Shown: positions 17,147 to 27,255 of the stretch, one piece after another
Numbering within the stretch: position 1 is the stretch's first letter
Layout of the letters: every line of letters starts with the position of its first letter
Assembly: GCA_964615985.1 (NCBI GenBank)
Contig: CAZTQX010000002.1
Coordinates: 7,805-52,349 of the forward strand
DNA length: 44,545 nucleotides
Source of the DNA: an uncultured Gammaproteobacteria bacterium
GTDB taxonomy: Bacteria; Pseudomonadota; Gammaproteobacteria; JAUZRS01
Direction of reading: 5' to 3'
The notes under the pieces: generated by a model
Databases searched by the model: none
The model's input: only the letters and a program-made list of their open reading frames with translations
What the model was told of the DNA's origin: nothing
Made by a program: the position numbers and the translations under genes

Positions 17147-19807
17147 ATGACTACACTACCCGACGTTGATCCCCAAGAGACTCAAGAGTGGCTCGAAGCC
17201 CTGGAAGCGGTCATTGATGCAGAAGGTTCGGAACGCGCCCACTACCTGCTAGGCAAGTTGATCGACCAAGCACGTCGCTCAGGCACCTATTTGCCCTTCA
17301 GTGCCAACACCGCCTACCTCAACACCATTCCGACTCATCTAGAAAAACGCAGCCCTGGCGACCAAGAACTGGAACGCCGTCTGCGCTCCTACATCCGCTG
17401 GAACGCCTTGGCAATGGTGGTCAAAGCCAACCGTAAAAACCCCGATCTCGGTGGGCACATTGCCAGCTTTGCCTCCTCAGCAACCCTCTACGATGTGGGT
17501 TTCAATCACTTCTTCCATGCCCAGAACAGCGACCACGGCGGTGATTTGGTCTTTATGCAGGGTCACTCATCACCCGGCATCTACGCTCGCGCCTTCCTTG
17601 AAGGCCGCTTGAGCGAAGATCAACTGAATCACTTCCGCCAAGAGTCCGAAGGCAAAGAGATCGGCCTCTCCTCTTACCCTCATCCGTGGTTGATGCCCGA
17701 TTTCTGGCAGTTCCCCACCGTCAGCATGGGACTTGGCCCGATTATGGCCATCTACCAAGCGCGTTTTTTGAAGTACATGCATCATCGTAAGCTGGCCAAC
17801 ACCGAACCGCGCCGAGTCTGGGCGTTTTTAGGTGACGGCGAAACCGACGAGCCAGAATCTTTAGGTGCCATATCACTGGCGGGACGGGAAAAACTCGACA
17901 ACCTCACCTTCGTGGTCAACTGCAACCTGCAACGCCTTGATGGCCCTGTGCGCGGCAACGGCAAAATCATCCAAGAATTGGAAGCGGTCTTCCGTGGTGC
18001 CGGTTGGAATGTGATCAAGGTGGTCTGGGGTTCTTACTGGGATCCGTTGCTGGCCAAGGACAAAACCGGTCTGTTGCAGCAACGGATGGAAGAGTGCGTC
18101 GATGGCGAATACCAAAACTACAAAGCCAAAGGCGGGGCTTACACCCGCGAACATTTCTTCGGCAAATACCCCGAACTGAAAGAGATGGTGGCCAACCTTT
18201 CCGACGATGACATCTGGCATCTGAATCGCGGTGGCCATGATCCACACAAAGTCTTTGCGGCCTACGCCGAAGCCGTTGCCCACAAAGGCCAGCCCACGGT
18301 TATTTTGGCCAAGACCGTCAAAGGTTACGGCATGGGTGAGTCCGCCGAAGGGCAGAACATCAGCCACTCGAAAAAGAAGCTGGATGCCGACGATCTGCTC
18401 GCCTTCCGCAACCGCTTCCGTCTGCCACTGAGCGACGAACAGGCCACCAACGCCGACTACCTCAAACCCGCCGACGACAGCGAAGAGATGATCTACCTGC
18501 AAGAGCGGCGCAAAGCGCTGGGCGGTTATCTGCCCTCACGCCAACATCTGGCCGCACCGCTGGAAGTACCGCCTTTAAGCAGCTTCTCAGCAATGCTCAA
18601 AGGCAGTGGCGAACGTGAAATGTCCACCACGATGGCCTTTGTACGCATATTAACCTCTCTGACCCGCGATAAAAAAGTCGGCAAAAACATCGTTCCCATC
18701 GTTCCCGATGAAGCGCGTACCTTCGGCATGGAGGGCATGTTCCGTCAGCTCGGCATCTACTCCTCCGTGGGGCAGCTCTACGAACCTCAGGATCGTGATC
18801 AGCTGATGTATTACAAAGAGGACAAATCCGGTCAGATTCTTGAAGAGGGCATCAACGAAGCCGGTTCCATGTCGTCGTGGATTGCAGCGGCCACCGCCTA
18901 CAGCAATCATGGGATCAACATGATCCCCTTCTACATCTACTACTCCATGTTCGGTTTCCAACGCATTGGCGATCTCGCTTGGGCAGCCGGTGACATGCAG
19001 GCACGGGGGTTCTTGATCGGAGCCACCGCCGGACGCACCACCCTTAACGGTGAAGGTCTGCAACATCAAGACGGTCACGGTCTGCTGGTGGCCAACACCA
19101 TCCCCAACTGCGTCGCCTACGACCCCACCTACGCTTACGAAATGGCGGTCATTATTCACAACGGCATGCAGCGCATGGTGGAGAAGCAAGAAAACGTCTT
19201 CTTCTACATCACCGCCATGAACGAAAACTACCAGCAGCCCGCCCTGCCCGAAGGGGTTGAAGAGGGCATCCTCAAAGGCATGTACAGCCTCAAGGCATCC
19301 AGCAGCAAAGGCCCGAAAGTGCAACTGCTGGGCAGTGGCACCATTTTGCGCGAAGCCATCGCCGCCGCCGAACTGCTGGAGCAGGATTTTGGGGTCAGTG
19401 CCGATCTCTGGAGCGTCACCAGCTTCAATGAGCTGGCACGGGACGGCCACGATGTGGAGCGTTACAACATGCTCAACCCGAAGAAAAAAGCCCGCATCAG
19501 CTATGTGGAACAGTGCCTCAGCGACAGCCAAGGCCCCGTGATCGTCGCCACCGACTACATCCGCGCCTACGCCGATCAGATCCGAGGTTACGTCCCCAGC
19601 GACTACAAAGTTCTGGGTACCGACGGTTTTGGTCGCTCCGACAGCCGCGAAAAGCTGCGTACCTTCTTTGAGGTCAATCGTTATTACATCGCCGTTGCAG
19701 CACTTAAAAGCTTGGCGGATCGCAAAGAGATCGCCGCCAACAAAGTGGCAGAAGCGATTGAAAAATACGGCATCGACATCAACAAACCCAACCCCATCAC
19801 GGTTTAG
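17147..19807 (+). CDS. aceE: Pyruvate dehydrogenase E1 component (homodimeric type)
   Basis: 886 aa. N-terminus DVDPQETQEWLEALEAV, ThDP motif GDGETDEPES, followed directly by E2 and E3. Confidence 0.96.
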   Translation: MTTLPDVDPQETQEWLEALEAVIDAEGSERAHYLLGKLIDQARRSGTYLPFSANTAYLNTIPTHLEKRSPGDQELERRLRSYIRWNALAMVVKANRKNPDLGGHIASFASSATLYDVGFNHFFHAQNSDHGGDLVFMQGHSSPGIYARAFLEGRLSEDQLNHFRQESEGKEIGLSSYPHPWLMPDFWQFPTVSMGLGPIMAIYQARFLKYMHHRKLANTEPRRVWAFLGDGETDEPESLGAISLAGREKLDNLTFVVNCNLQRLDGPVRGNGKIIQELEAVFRGAGWNVIKVVWGSYWDPLLAKDKTGLLQQRMEECVDGEYQNYKAKGGAYTREHFFGKYPELKEMVANLSDDDIWHLNRGGHDPHKVFAAYAEAVAHKGQPTVILAKTVKGYGMGESAEGQNISHSKKKLDADDLLAFRNRFRLPLSDEQATNADYLKPADDSEEMIYLQERRKALGGYLPSRQHLAAPLEVPPLSSFSAMLKGSGEREMSTTMAFVRILTSLTRDKKVGKNIVPIVPDEARTFGMEGMFRQLGIYSSVGQLYEPQDRDQLMYYKEDKSGQILEEGINEAGSMSSWIAAATAYSNHGINMIPFYIYYSMFGFQRIGDLAWAAGDMQARGFLIGATAGRTTLNGEGLQHQDGHGLLVANTIPNCVAYDPTYAYEMAVIIHNGMQRMVEKQENVFFYITAMNENYQQPALPEGVEEGILKGMYSLKASSSKGPKVQLLGSGTILREAIAAAELLEQDFGVSADLWSVTSFNELARDGHDVERYNMLNPKKKARISYVEQCLSDSQGPVIVATDYIRAYADQIRGYVPSDYKVLGTDGFGRSDSREKLRTFFEVNRYYIAVAALKSLADRKEIAANKVAEAIEKYGIDINKPNPITV

Positions 19808-19816
19808 AGAGTAGAC

Positions 19817-21127
19817 ATGGCTAACGAAGAGAAAGTTTTAGTACCCGACATCGGTGATTTTGCCGGTGTCGAGGTGATCGAAATTCTGGTCGCCACCGGC
19901 GACTCCGTGCAAAAAGAAGATTCGCTTATCACCTTAGAGAGCGACAAAGCCACGATAGAGATCCCAGCACCGGCCAGCGGTGTGGTGGGCAAAATCGAAG
20001 TCGCCATCGGTGACACCATCGCCGAAGGCGATTTGGTGATGTGGTTGCAGGCCAACAGTTCGACCACTGCGACTGCGGCTGAACCCGAACCTGAAGCTGC
20101 CGCTCCAGAACCCGCCAAAGCTGAACCTACAGCTGCGGCTCCCAAAGCAGCCGCCCCCGTTGCAGCAGCGCCAACACTGGCTCCGACAGCAGCGCCAGCC
20201 AGTGGCAAAGCGGCTCACGCCAGCCCAGCGGTGCGCCGTTTTGCCCGCGAGCTGGGTGCCGACATCAACCAAATTGGCGGTTCTGGCCCCAAAGGGCGCA
20301 TCCGCAAAGAGGATGTGCAGAACTTTATCAAAGCCGCTCTGAGCGGTTCCGCTCCCGCAGCCAACGCTGCGGCCAGTGGTTCGGGTTTGGCCGTTGCTGC
20401 GATGCCCAACATCGACTACAGCAAATTTGGCCAGATCGAAACCCTACCGTTGAGCAAGATCAATAAAATCACCGGCCAAGTGCTGCACCGCAACTGGGTC
20501 ACCATCCCGCATGTGACTCAATTTGATGATGCCGACATCACCGATCTGGAGGCTTTCCGCAAACAGTTGGTGGGCGAATACAAGGATCGGGGGATCAAAA
20601 TCACCCTGCTGACCTTCTTGATGAAAGCGGTGGTGGCAGCACTGAAACAGTTCCCTCGTTTCAACGCCTCCTTGGATGCCAGCGGCGAAAACCTGATTCT
20701 GAAACAGTATTACAACATCGGCATTGCCGTCGCCACCCCCGACGGTTTAGTCGTGCCGGTGATTCGTGACGTGGACAAAAAGAGCATCGTCGAGCTGGCA
20801 CAGGAGCTGACCGCTATCAGCATCAAAGCCCGCGACAAAAAACTCGGCCCAAAGGACATGCAAGGCGGTTGCTTTAGCATCTCCAGCTTGGGTGGTCTCG
20901 GCGGCAGCGCCTTCACCCCGATTGTGAACGCACCTGAGGTGGCCATCTTAGGTGTGTCACGTTCCGCGATGAAACCGATCTACCAGCCCGATGGTGAGTT
21001 TGCCGCCCGTCTGATGCTGCCGCTGTCTCTCTCTTACGACCATCGTGTCATCGACGGTGCCGACGGCGCACGTTTCACCAGCTACCTGAGCCGCGTGCTG
21101 GCCGACATGCGCCGCGTGCTGCTCTAA
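19817..21127 (+). CDS. aceF: Dihydrolipoyllysine-residue acetyltransferase (E2), single lipoyl domain
   Basis: Lipoyl motif [11 protein letters not shown], Ala/Pro linker, E3-binding domain [16 protein letters not shown], catalytic DHRVIDG. Confidence 0.95.
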   Translation: MANEEKVLVPDIGDFAGVEVIEILVATGDSVQKEDSLITLESDKATIEIPAPASGVVGKIEVAIGDTIAEGDLVMWLQANSSTTATAAEPEPEAAAPEPAKAEPTAAAPKAAAPVAAAPTLAPTAAPASGKAAHASPAVRRFARELGADINQIGGSGPKGRIRKEDVQNFIKAALSGSAPAANAAASGSGLAVAAMPNIDYSKFGQIETLPLSKINKITGQVLHRNWVTIPHVTQFDDADITDLEAFRKQLVGEYKDRGIKITLLTFLMKAVVAALKQFPRFNASLDASGENLILKQYYNIGIAVATPDGLVVPVIRDVDKKSIVELAQELTAISIKARDKKLGPKDMQGGCFSISSLGGLGGSAFTPIVNAPEVAILGVSRSAMKPIYQPDGEFAARLMLPLSLSYDHRVIDGADGARFTSYLSRVLADMRRVLL

Positions 21128-21143
21128 TCTGAGGATTTTATTT

Positions 21144-22895
21144 ATGGACAAACTGATTACCGTCAAGGTACCCGACATCGGTGATTTCGCCGCTGTGGAA
21201 GTGATCGAACTGTTGGTCTCCGTGGGCGACAGCGTCAACGCCGAAGACTCTTTGGTGACGCTGGAGAGCGACAAAGCCACCATGGAGATTCCCTCCCCCG
21301 AAGCAGGCGTGGTGAAAGAGCTGCTGATTAATATGGGCGACACCCTCAGTGAAGGCGATGCCATCATCATGCTGGAATTGGCCGACTCTGCTGAAGCAAC
21401 AACGACAGAGGAAAAACCAGCCGCTGCCGTTGCAGAAGCGCCTGCTGTCACTGCCCCCACGCTCGCTGCCGCCAGCAGCGACAGCGATCTGCACGCCGAA
21501 GTGGTGGTGCTGGGTTCAGGGCCGGGTGGTTACACCGCCGCTTTCCGTGCTGCTGATTTGGGCAAAAAAACCCTGCTGATCGAACGCTACCCCTCTCTGG
21601 GTGGGGTCTGCCTCAATGTCGGCTGCATCCCCTCCAAGGCGCTGCTGCACACCGCGCACATCATCACCGAAGCCGAGGAGATGTCCTCCCACGGCATCAC
21701 CTTCGGCCAACCTAAAATTGATCTGAGCACGCTGGTGGGCTGGAAAAACAAGGTGATCCATCAGCTCACCAACGGTCTCAAAGGGCTGGCCAAACAGCGC
21801 AACGTCACCGTGGTTCACGGCGTTGGCACGCTGCTCAACCCCCATCAGATTCAAGTAGTCAGTGAAGAGGGCAGCAAGATCATCGGCTTTGATAACCTCA
21901 TCATTGCCGCCGGTTCCGAAGCGACCCAGATCCCCGTCTTTCCCAATGACGATCCACGCCTGATCGACTCCACCGGCGCACTGGAGCTGGACGGCATCCC
22001 CGAACGCTTGTTGGTGGTCGGTGGCGGCATTATCGGTCTGGAGATGGCCACCGTGTACGATGCCTTGGGTTCCAAGGTCAGCGTGGTGGAACTCTCTTCT
22101 GGCCTGATCCCTGGTTGTGATCGTGATCTGGTACGGCCACTGGCAAAACGCATCAAAAAACGCTACGAAAACATCTACCTCAACACCCGTGTGACCGCCA
22201 TTGAATCTCAAGAGAGCGGCCTCAAGGTCAGCTTTGAGGGCAAAAAAGCCCCTGAATCCGACACCTTTGACAAAGTGCTGGTTGCCGTAGGCCGAGTGCC
22301 CAACGGCGCTAAAATCGGCGCTGAAAACGCCGGAGTGGCGGTGGACGAACGCGGCTTTATCGCCGTCGATTCCCAACAACGTACCAATGTGTCACACATC
22401 TTTGCCATCGGCGATGTCGTTGGCCAACCGATGCTGGCACACAAAGCGACCCACGAAGGCAAAGTGGCCGCCGAAGTCATCAGCGGTATGAAGTCCCATT
22501 TCGATGCGCTCACCATCCCTTCGGTGGCCTACACCGACCCCGAAGTGGCTTGGATGGGCTTGACCGAAGATCAGGCCAAAGAGCAGGGTATCGAGTACGA
22601 AAAAGGTGCGTTCCCGTGGGCGGCCAGCGGTCGTTCTCTGAGCATCGGGCGTAACGAAGGCCTGACCAAACTGCTGTTTGATAAAACAACCAAACGCATT
22701 TTGGGCGCAGGCATCGTCGGCACCAACGCCGGAGAGTTGCTGGCGGAAGCGGTACTGGCTTTGGAGATGGGAGCCGACATCGAGGACATCGCCCTCACCG
22801 TTCACGCTCACCCGACCCTATCAGAAACGATCAATTTCGCCGCTGAAATGGCCGAAGGCACCATCACCGATCTCTACATTCCTCGCAAGAAATAG
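21144..22895 (+). CDS. lpdA: Dihydrolipoyl dehydrogenase (E3) with an N-terminal lipoyl domain (583 aa)
   Basis: Residues 1-80 are a lipoyl domain ([11 protein letters not shown]). These are followed by FAD motif [14 protein letters not shown], the redox disulfide [13 protein letters not shown], and C-terminal HAHPTLSE. Confidence 0.95.
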   Translation: MDKLITVKVPDIGDFAAVEVIELLVSVGDSVNAEDSLVTLESDKATMEIPSPEAGVVKELLINMGDTLSEGDAIIMLELADSAEATTTEEKPAAAVAEAPAVTAPTLAAASSDSDLHAEVVVLGSGPGGYTAAFRAADLGKKTLLIERYPSLGGVCLNVGCIPSKALLHTAHIITEAEEMSSHGITFGQPKIDLSTLVGWKNKVIHQLTNGLKGLAKQRNVTVVHGVGTLLNPHQIQVVSEEGSKIIGFDNLIIAAGSEATQIPVFPNDDPRLIDSTGALELDGIPERLLVVGGGIIGLEMATVYDALGSKVSVVELSSGLIPGCDRDLVRPLAKRIKKRYENIYLNTRVTAIESQESGLKVSFEGKKAPESDTFDKVLVAVGRVPNGAKIGAENAGVAVDERGFIAVDSQQRTNVSHIFAIGDVVGQPMLAHKATHEGKVAAEVISGMKSHFDALTIPSVAYTDPEVAWMGLTEDQAKEQGIEYEKGAFPWAASGRSLSIGRNEGLTKLLFDKTTKRILGAGIVGTNAGELLAEAVLALEMGADIEDIALTVHAHPTLSETINFAAEMAEGTITDLYIPRKK

Positions 22896-22920
22896 ATCCG
22901 CTAGCCTTTATCCAAGGCCA

Positions 22921-22954
22921 AAAAAAAAGCCCGCCAATTGGCGGGCTTTTTTTT
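22921..22954. terminator. Bidirectional rho-independent terminator between lpdA and the convergent cytochrome b561 gene
   Basis: A8 - GCCCGCC AATT GGCGGGC - T8: a perfect 7-bp GC stem flanked by an A-run and a T-run. Confidence 0.8.
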
Positions 22955-22962
22955 GTCGAATA

Positions 22963-23505
22963 TTAGCCTTTGATCATGCGCGTTAAGGTACCGTCTTTCT
23001 GCACAAACTGATGCAGCAACGCCGCCAACACATGCACTCCCACCAACGCCATCAAAGCGTACTGCCCCAAATAATGCGCTAAGTCCACATAGCCCGCGAT
23101 GAAATCACTGTCCGGCTGCCGTGGAATAGTAAACAAGCCAAAGACATCAATAGCATGACCGCCATAAAGCGAGCCTAAAATACCCGTCAACGGCATAGAA
23201 AGCAGCAACGCATAAAGCCCCCAATGCCCCAATTTAGCCGCAATTGCCTGCCACTTTGGCTCCTGAGCGGGCAGCAAGTAATCAACACTGACACTAACCC
23301 ACAACAGGCGCAGCAAAATCAGCGCCCCTGCCAAGACACCCAACGCACGATGCAAGGCAAACATATCTCTACGTTCATCCGTGTCTTTGGGTAGATCCTC
23401 CATGTTCCAAGCGACCAAAAACAGCGCCACAATCAAAATCGCCATTCCCCAATGCAGCAGACGTGCCGTCACTCCATAACCTTGGGTCTGTTGTAACTCA
23501 CTCAT
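22963..23505 (-). CDS. Cytochrome b561 family membrane protein (CybB-like)
   Basis: Four hydrophobic helices with conserved His (ARLLHWGMAIL, ALHRALG, LGHWGLY, VGVHVLAALLH). AAGGTG lies 6 nt before ATG 23505; the track start 23514 is GTG inside the RBS. Confidence 0.8.
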   Translation of the reverse strand: MSELQQTQGYGVTARLLHWGMAILIVALFLVAWNMEDLPKDTDERRDMFALHRALGVLAGALILLRLLWVSVSVDYLLPAQEPKWQAIAAKLGHWGLYALLLSMPLTGILGSLYGGHAIDVFGLFTIPRQPDSDFIAGYVDLAHYLGQYALMALVGVHVLAALLHQFVQKDGTLTRMIKG

Positions 23506-23597
23506 AAAAATCACCTTAACTCGTCAAAAATAGGAATAAAGAAAAACAACGTTATAACATGTCAATCTAAACAGAAACTTAAACGCCTCTGACAATG

Positions 23598-23978
23598 TTA
23601 ACTCTCAAGAAGTTTCTTCATATCCTCTGCCGAAACCGGCTGAATCAACACCGCTGCCAATGGGAAAATAGCATTGAGTTTATCCAGATATTGGCGCTCA
23701 TGCTTCTGTACCAACACAACCAATTTGGTCTTAGGTGCGTAACGTTGCAAGGCGTACAACAACACGTCCAAATTACTCATGTTGATGCCAGCATAATTGT
23801 TGGCATAACCGTAAAAAAATTCAGCCACCAACCAATCTGGTGGGGTCTTTTTCACCACCATCATCGCCTTACGTTGCGATGCGACCTTCAACTCCAAAAA
23901 ATTGAATTTGGCATACAACGGTGAAAATTGAGGGTGTTGTGGTGATTCAACAATGGAAAACAGAGTGCGTTCTTTCAC
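23598..23978 (-). CDS. Hypothetical protein, receiver-domain-like fold with substituted phosphorylation residues (pseudo-receiver)
   Basis: The GTG start overlaps the glutaredoxin stop (GTGA, 23975-23978). By-eye alignment to CheY: LFSIVES vs FLVVDDF, DWLVAEFFYG vs GFVISDWNMP, KLVVLVQ vs PVLMVTA, AVLIQPV vs GYVVKPF. Confidence 0.5.
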   Translation of the reverse strand: MKERTLFSIVESPQHPQFSPLYAKFNFLELKVASQRKAMMVVKKTPPDWLVAEFFYGYANNYAGINMSNLDVLLYALQRYAPKTKLVVLVQKHERQYLDKLNAIFPLAAVLIQPVSAEDMKKLLES

Positions 23979-24358
23979 GACACACCTGTTTCAACATCCG
24001 CGAATTGCTGCTGCAAATAAGCAATAATATCGTTTGATTCGTACATCCAACGCACCGAACCGTCAGTGTCGGTAATGCGCAAACAAGGCACTTTCACTTC
24101 ACCGCCTTCTCGCAACAGCTCCTCGCGGTACTGCCCCTCTTTACGTGTATCACGAATTTCGATATTCAACCCCAGACGACGGATGGCACGCCTCACCTTG
24201 ACGCAAAAAGGGCAGGCTTCAAATTGATACAGCGCCAAATGCTCCGTTTGCGTATCCAATTTTTGCTGTGTCTCCACATCGTGTTTTGGACGACTCGGGG
24301 AAAAAATAAAATTCAATAGCAGGATAATCCGACCCAATACCCAACGAACTGCTTTCAC
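23975..24358 (-). CDS. Membrane-anchored glutaredoxin-family protein
   Basis: CPFC active site within LALYQFEACPFCVKVRRAI, VPCL further on, and an N-terminal hydrophobic segment VRWVLGRIILLLNFIF. AGGAG lies 6 nt before GTG 24358; the track TTG 24364 abuts the RBS. Confidence 0.75.
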   Translation of the reverse strand: MKAVRWVLGRIILLLNFIFSPSRPKHDVETQQKLDTQTEHLALYQFEACPFCVKVRRAIRRLGLNIEIRDTRKEGQYREELLREGGEVKVPCLRITDTDGSVRWMYESNDIIAYLQQQFADVETGVS

Positions 24359-24437
24359 ACTCAACTCCTAATAATCAGCTTAAGGACAAAAATTGAGTGC
24401 CATTTTACCTGATCCAAAATAAAAGAGAACTGGATAC

Positions 24438-25253
24438 TCAGAGGTCGTCTGCCAACTCTTCCTGCAAGGCAGATCGCCAAGCAGGCCGCCGCCCTTCGGC
24501 AAAAGCATTGACTCCCTCCCGACCTTCTTCTGAACAACGCAGGCGTGCCATTAGCTGCACACTCTCCGTCATAACCTCTTTATCAACCGGCAACACCTGC
24601 TGACGAGCCAACAAGGCTTTTGTCTCCAGCTGAGCCAGAGGCGCTACCGCTTGCAGTTTTTTCAAAAATTTATTGGCCTCCAGCGCCAATTGATTGCGCG
24701 GATAAACCTCATGTACCAACCCAATCTGTTTGGCCTCTTCAGCACTGAAATGCTCACCGGTTAACATGTAACGCCCTGCGGCTCGACTGCCAATCGCCGC
24801 TAAAACATAGGGACTGATAAGCGCAGGGACATAACCTAAACGCACTTCTGGCAAACAAAACCGCGCTTTTTCAGTCGCAAAAACCACATCACAACAGGCC
24901 AGCAAACCCACACCGCTGCCATACACTTCCCCTTGAACCAGTCCAACCACAGGTTTTGGAAAACGATCCAGTTCACGCAACAGTTGGCCTAACTGCAATA
25001 GATCTTCAACTTTATCCTCACCAGCCTCCACCAGCCGCTGCATCTCCTCTATATCACTGCCAATACAAAATTTATGGCCATTAGCAGCAATGACTATTTG
25101 ACGTACCGTATCGTCGGCAGACAAACGCCACAGCGCTTCACGCAACCTCTGGATCAAAACCGTATTCAGAGCATTATGCTGCTCAGGTCTATTGAGCATC
25201 AAACGCACCGTATGCCGAACTCGTTGTTCGATAAGAGGTGGATCATTCTGCAT
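24438..25253 (-). CDS. Enoyl-CoA hydratase/isomerase (crotonase) family protein
   Basis: Crotonase pattern: NRPEQHNAL, FCIGSDI, GEVYGSGVGLLACCD, CLPEVRLGYVP, MLTGEHFSAEEA. AGGAGGG RBS. Confidence 0.85.
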   Translation of the reverse strand: MQNDPPLIEQRVRHTVRLMLNRPEQHNALNTVLIQRLREALWRLSADDTVRQIVIAANGHKFCIGSDIEEMQRLVEAGEDKVEDLLQLGQLLRELDRFPKPVVGLVQGEVYGSGVGLLACCDVVFATEKARFCLPEVRLGYVPALISPYVLAAIGSRAAGRYMLTGEHFSAEEAKQIGLVHEVYPRNQLALEANKFLKKLQAVAPLAQLETKALLARQQVLPVDKEVMTESVQLMARLRCSEEGREGVNAFAEGRRPAWRSALQEELADDL

Positions 25254-25419
25254 TAAAAGAACCCTCCTAAGTTTCTTAAAATCTTGTCTGTGTTATGAAT
25301 GTGTTAATATTTCACAAGCATGCTGGCTGTTGCCCACAAATTACTGATTTTCCCTGTACTTTTGTGATCAAAGTAGCAGTTTCAGCTAGAAATCCAAACA
25401 TACCCAACCTAAACTGGAA

Positions 25420-25435
25420 TGGCACGCATTGCGCT
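25420..25435 (+). promoter_or_regulatory. Candidate sigma54 (-24/-12) promoter upstream of the ThDP-enzyme operon
   Basis: TGGCACGCATTGCGCT: GG at 25421-22 and GC at 25433-34, which is the canonical 12-nt offset. It closely resembles E. coli glnAp2 (TGGCACAGATTTCGCT). The -12 element lies about 78 nt upstream of ATG 25513. Confidence 0.35.
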
Positions 25436-25512
25436 GTAGTATCAAAACTCATCTATTTATAATCAAAGTAACGCATCATTGGCGATTATCTTTACATTAA
25501 ATCAGAAAAAAT

Positions 25513-27255
25513 ATGTCTGAAACTGAGGAAAACACACTGCCAGAAGTCAGTGATCTGCTGTTGGCTTATCTTGAGCAGCTCAAAATTGACTGTGTATTTG
25601 GCGTTCCTGGTGGGGGCATCGAACCCCTCTTTAATGCCCTCGCTCGCAGTCAACGTTCCGGTGGCATCAGAGCCGTCATCGCCCGCCATGAAACCGGCGC
25701 GGCGTTTATGGCCGACGGTTATTATCGCCAAACAGGCAAGCTGGGCGTCTGCTGCGCCACCACGGGACCTGGAGCCACCAACTTATTGACAGGTGTCGCT
25801 TCTGCTTATGAAAACCAGATCCCAGTGTTGGTTTTGACTGGTCAAACCTCACTGAGTCATTTTGGCCAAGGTGCATTACAAGAGTCCTCCAGCAGTGGCA
25901 TCGACACAGTGGGCATGTTTCAACACTGCACCCGTTATAACAGCTTGATCTCGCACCTTGATCAGTTTGAACGCAAATTAATCAGCGCCATTATGACGGC
26001 CTTTCAATCTCCACCGGGTCCTGTTCATCTCACCTTACCCCTAGACATACTGCGTGCTCCCTCTCCCGTACAGCAACCGCAATATTTCCTACCCCAACTC
26101 ACCAAAACCAATTTTTCTGTGGATTTGGAGCAAGTCTCAATCTTAGGAAAAAAACTGGCCGCATCAAAAGGCTTGGCCTTTGTGATTGGTGATGGAGCCG
26201 AAGCCGCCATCGAACCTCTTTGCCAACTAGCCGAAAGATTAGGGGCTTGGCTGATTGCCACCCCACACGCCAAAGGTCTGATCAATCACAATCACCCTCT
26301 GTTCTGTGGTGTGCTGGGATTTGCCGGTCATGAAAGCGCTCTCGCCACCCTAAGACAAGATCGTATTGATACAATTATGGCCATCGGCACCAGTTTAGGT
26401 GAGTGGGCCACCAACGGCTGGGACAGCGCTTTATTAAACCATCGGTTGCTGCATGTGGAAGAGATCGCAACTAATCTGACCCGTTCTCCGATGGCACAAA
26501 TGCAACTCTGTGGCAATTTACAAAAAATATGCACACAACTGCTTGCACAATCAACATCACATCAACAAGACAAAACTGCAGTTAGCCCACCTTCACCGTA
26601 CCAACAACAGATAAAGCAAGACATACTGAAGTTATCCTCTAATGCCCATGCTCTAATAAAACCTCAATGGCTGATGCAAAATCTGGGGAAATTATTACCC
26701 TCTGGCACTCTATTTCTTGCGGACTCCGGCAACAGCATTGCCTGGGCGATCCACTATTTTCACCCACCCGAGCGGCGGTTAACGGCTCGAGACGGTGACA
26801 AACCTCTGTTTCGGGGCGCGCTCGAATTCGCCTCTATGGGTTGGGCCATTGGTGCTGCTGTCGGTACCGCTGTGGGCACACAAAACCAAGCAGTTGTCTG
26901 CGTCACCGGTGATGGCAGCTGGCTTATGTCGGGCCAAGAAATCACCGTCGCCATCCAAGAATCACTCGCCATTATTTTTATTATTCTCAATGACTCTGCA
27001 TTGGGGATGGTCAAACACGGTCAACAGTTAGCCAAAGCCGAGACCATTGGATACGCTCTACCCAACATTAATTATGCCGCGATGGCGCAGGCGATGGGCG
27101 TACAAAGTTTCACCATCCGGCAACCTCAAGAATTATTGCAGCTGGATTTTAAAGCCCTCTGTAAATACCCAGGCCCGACTCTACTGGACATTCACATTGA
27201 TCCCAATGAAGTCCCCCCCATCGGGGCCAGAGTCAAAGTCTTGGGCAGTGCTTGA
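25513..27255 (+). CDS. Thiamine-diphosphate-dependent enzyme of the acetolactate synthase / 2-hydroxyacyl-CoA lyase / oxalyl-CoA decarboxylase superfamily (580 aa)
   Basis: N-terminal PYR domain (VFGVPGGGIEPLFNAL, ARHETGAAFMADGY, TTGPGATNLLTGVASAY) and C-terminal ThDP-binding motif GDGSWLM..ILNDSALGMV. Confidence 0.88.
   Translation: MSETEENTLPEVSDLLLAYLEQLKIDCVFGVPGGGIEPLFNALARSQRSGGIRAVIARHETGAAFMADGYYRQTGKLGVCCATTGPGATNLLTGVASAYENQIPVLVLTGQTSLSHFGQGALQESSSSGIDTVGMFQHCTRYNSLISHLDQFERKLISAIMTAFQSPPGPVHLTLPLDILRAPSPVQQPQYFLPQLTKTNFSVDLEQVSILGKKLAASKGLAFVIGDGAEAAIEPLCQLAERLGAWLIATPHAKGLINHNHPLFCGVLGFAGHESALATLRQDRIDTIMAIGTSLGEWATNGWDSALLNHRLLHVEEIATNLTRSPMAQMQLCGNLQKICTQLLAQSTSHQQDKTAVSPPSPYQQQIKQDILKLSSNAHALIKPQWLMQNLGKLLPSGTLFLADSGNSIAWAIHYFHPPERRLTARDGDKPLFRGALEFASMGWAIGAAVGTAVGTQNQAVVCVTGDGSWLMSGQEITVAIQESLAIIFIILNDSALGMVKHGQQLAKAETIGYALPNINYAAMAQAMGVQSFTIRQPQELLQLDFKALCKYPGPTLLDIHIDPNEVPPIGARVKVLGSA

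Noticed and set aside
17570-22811. Long minus-strand ORFs inside aceE, aceF and lpdA, for example 18650..19531 (293 aa), 17873..18502 (209 aa) and 21516..22379 (287 aa)
   Set aside because: They are antisense shadows of very confidently identified PDH genes. They have no RBS or motifs, and their composition reflects complementary codon bias.
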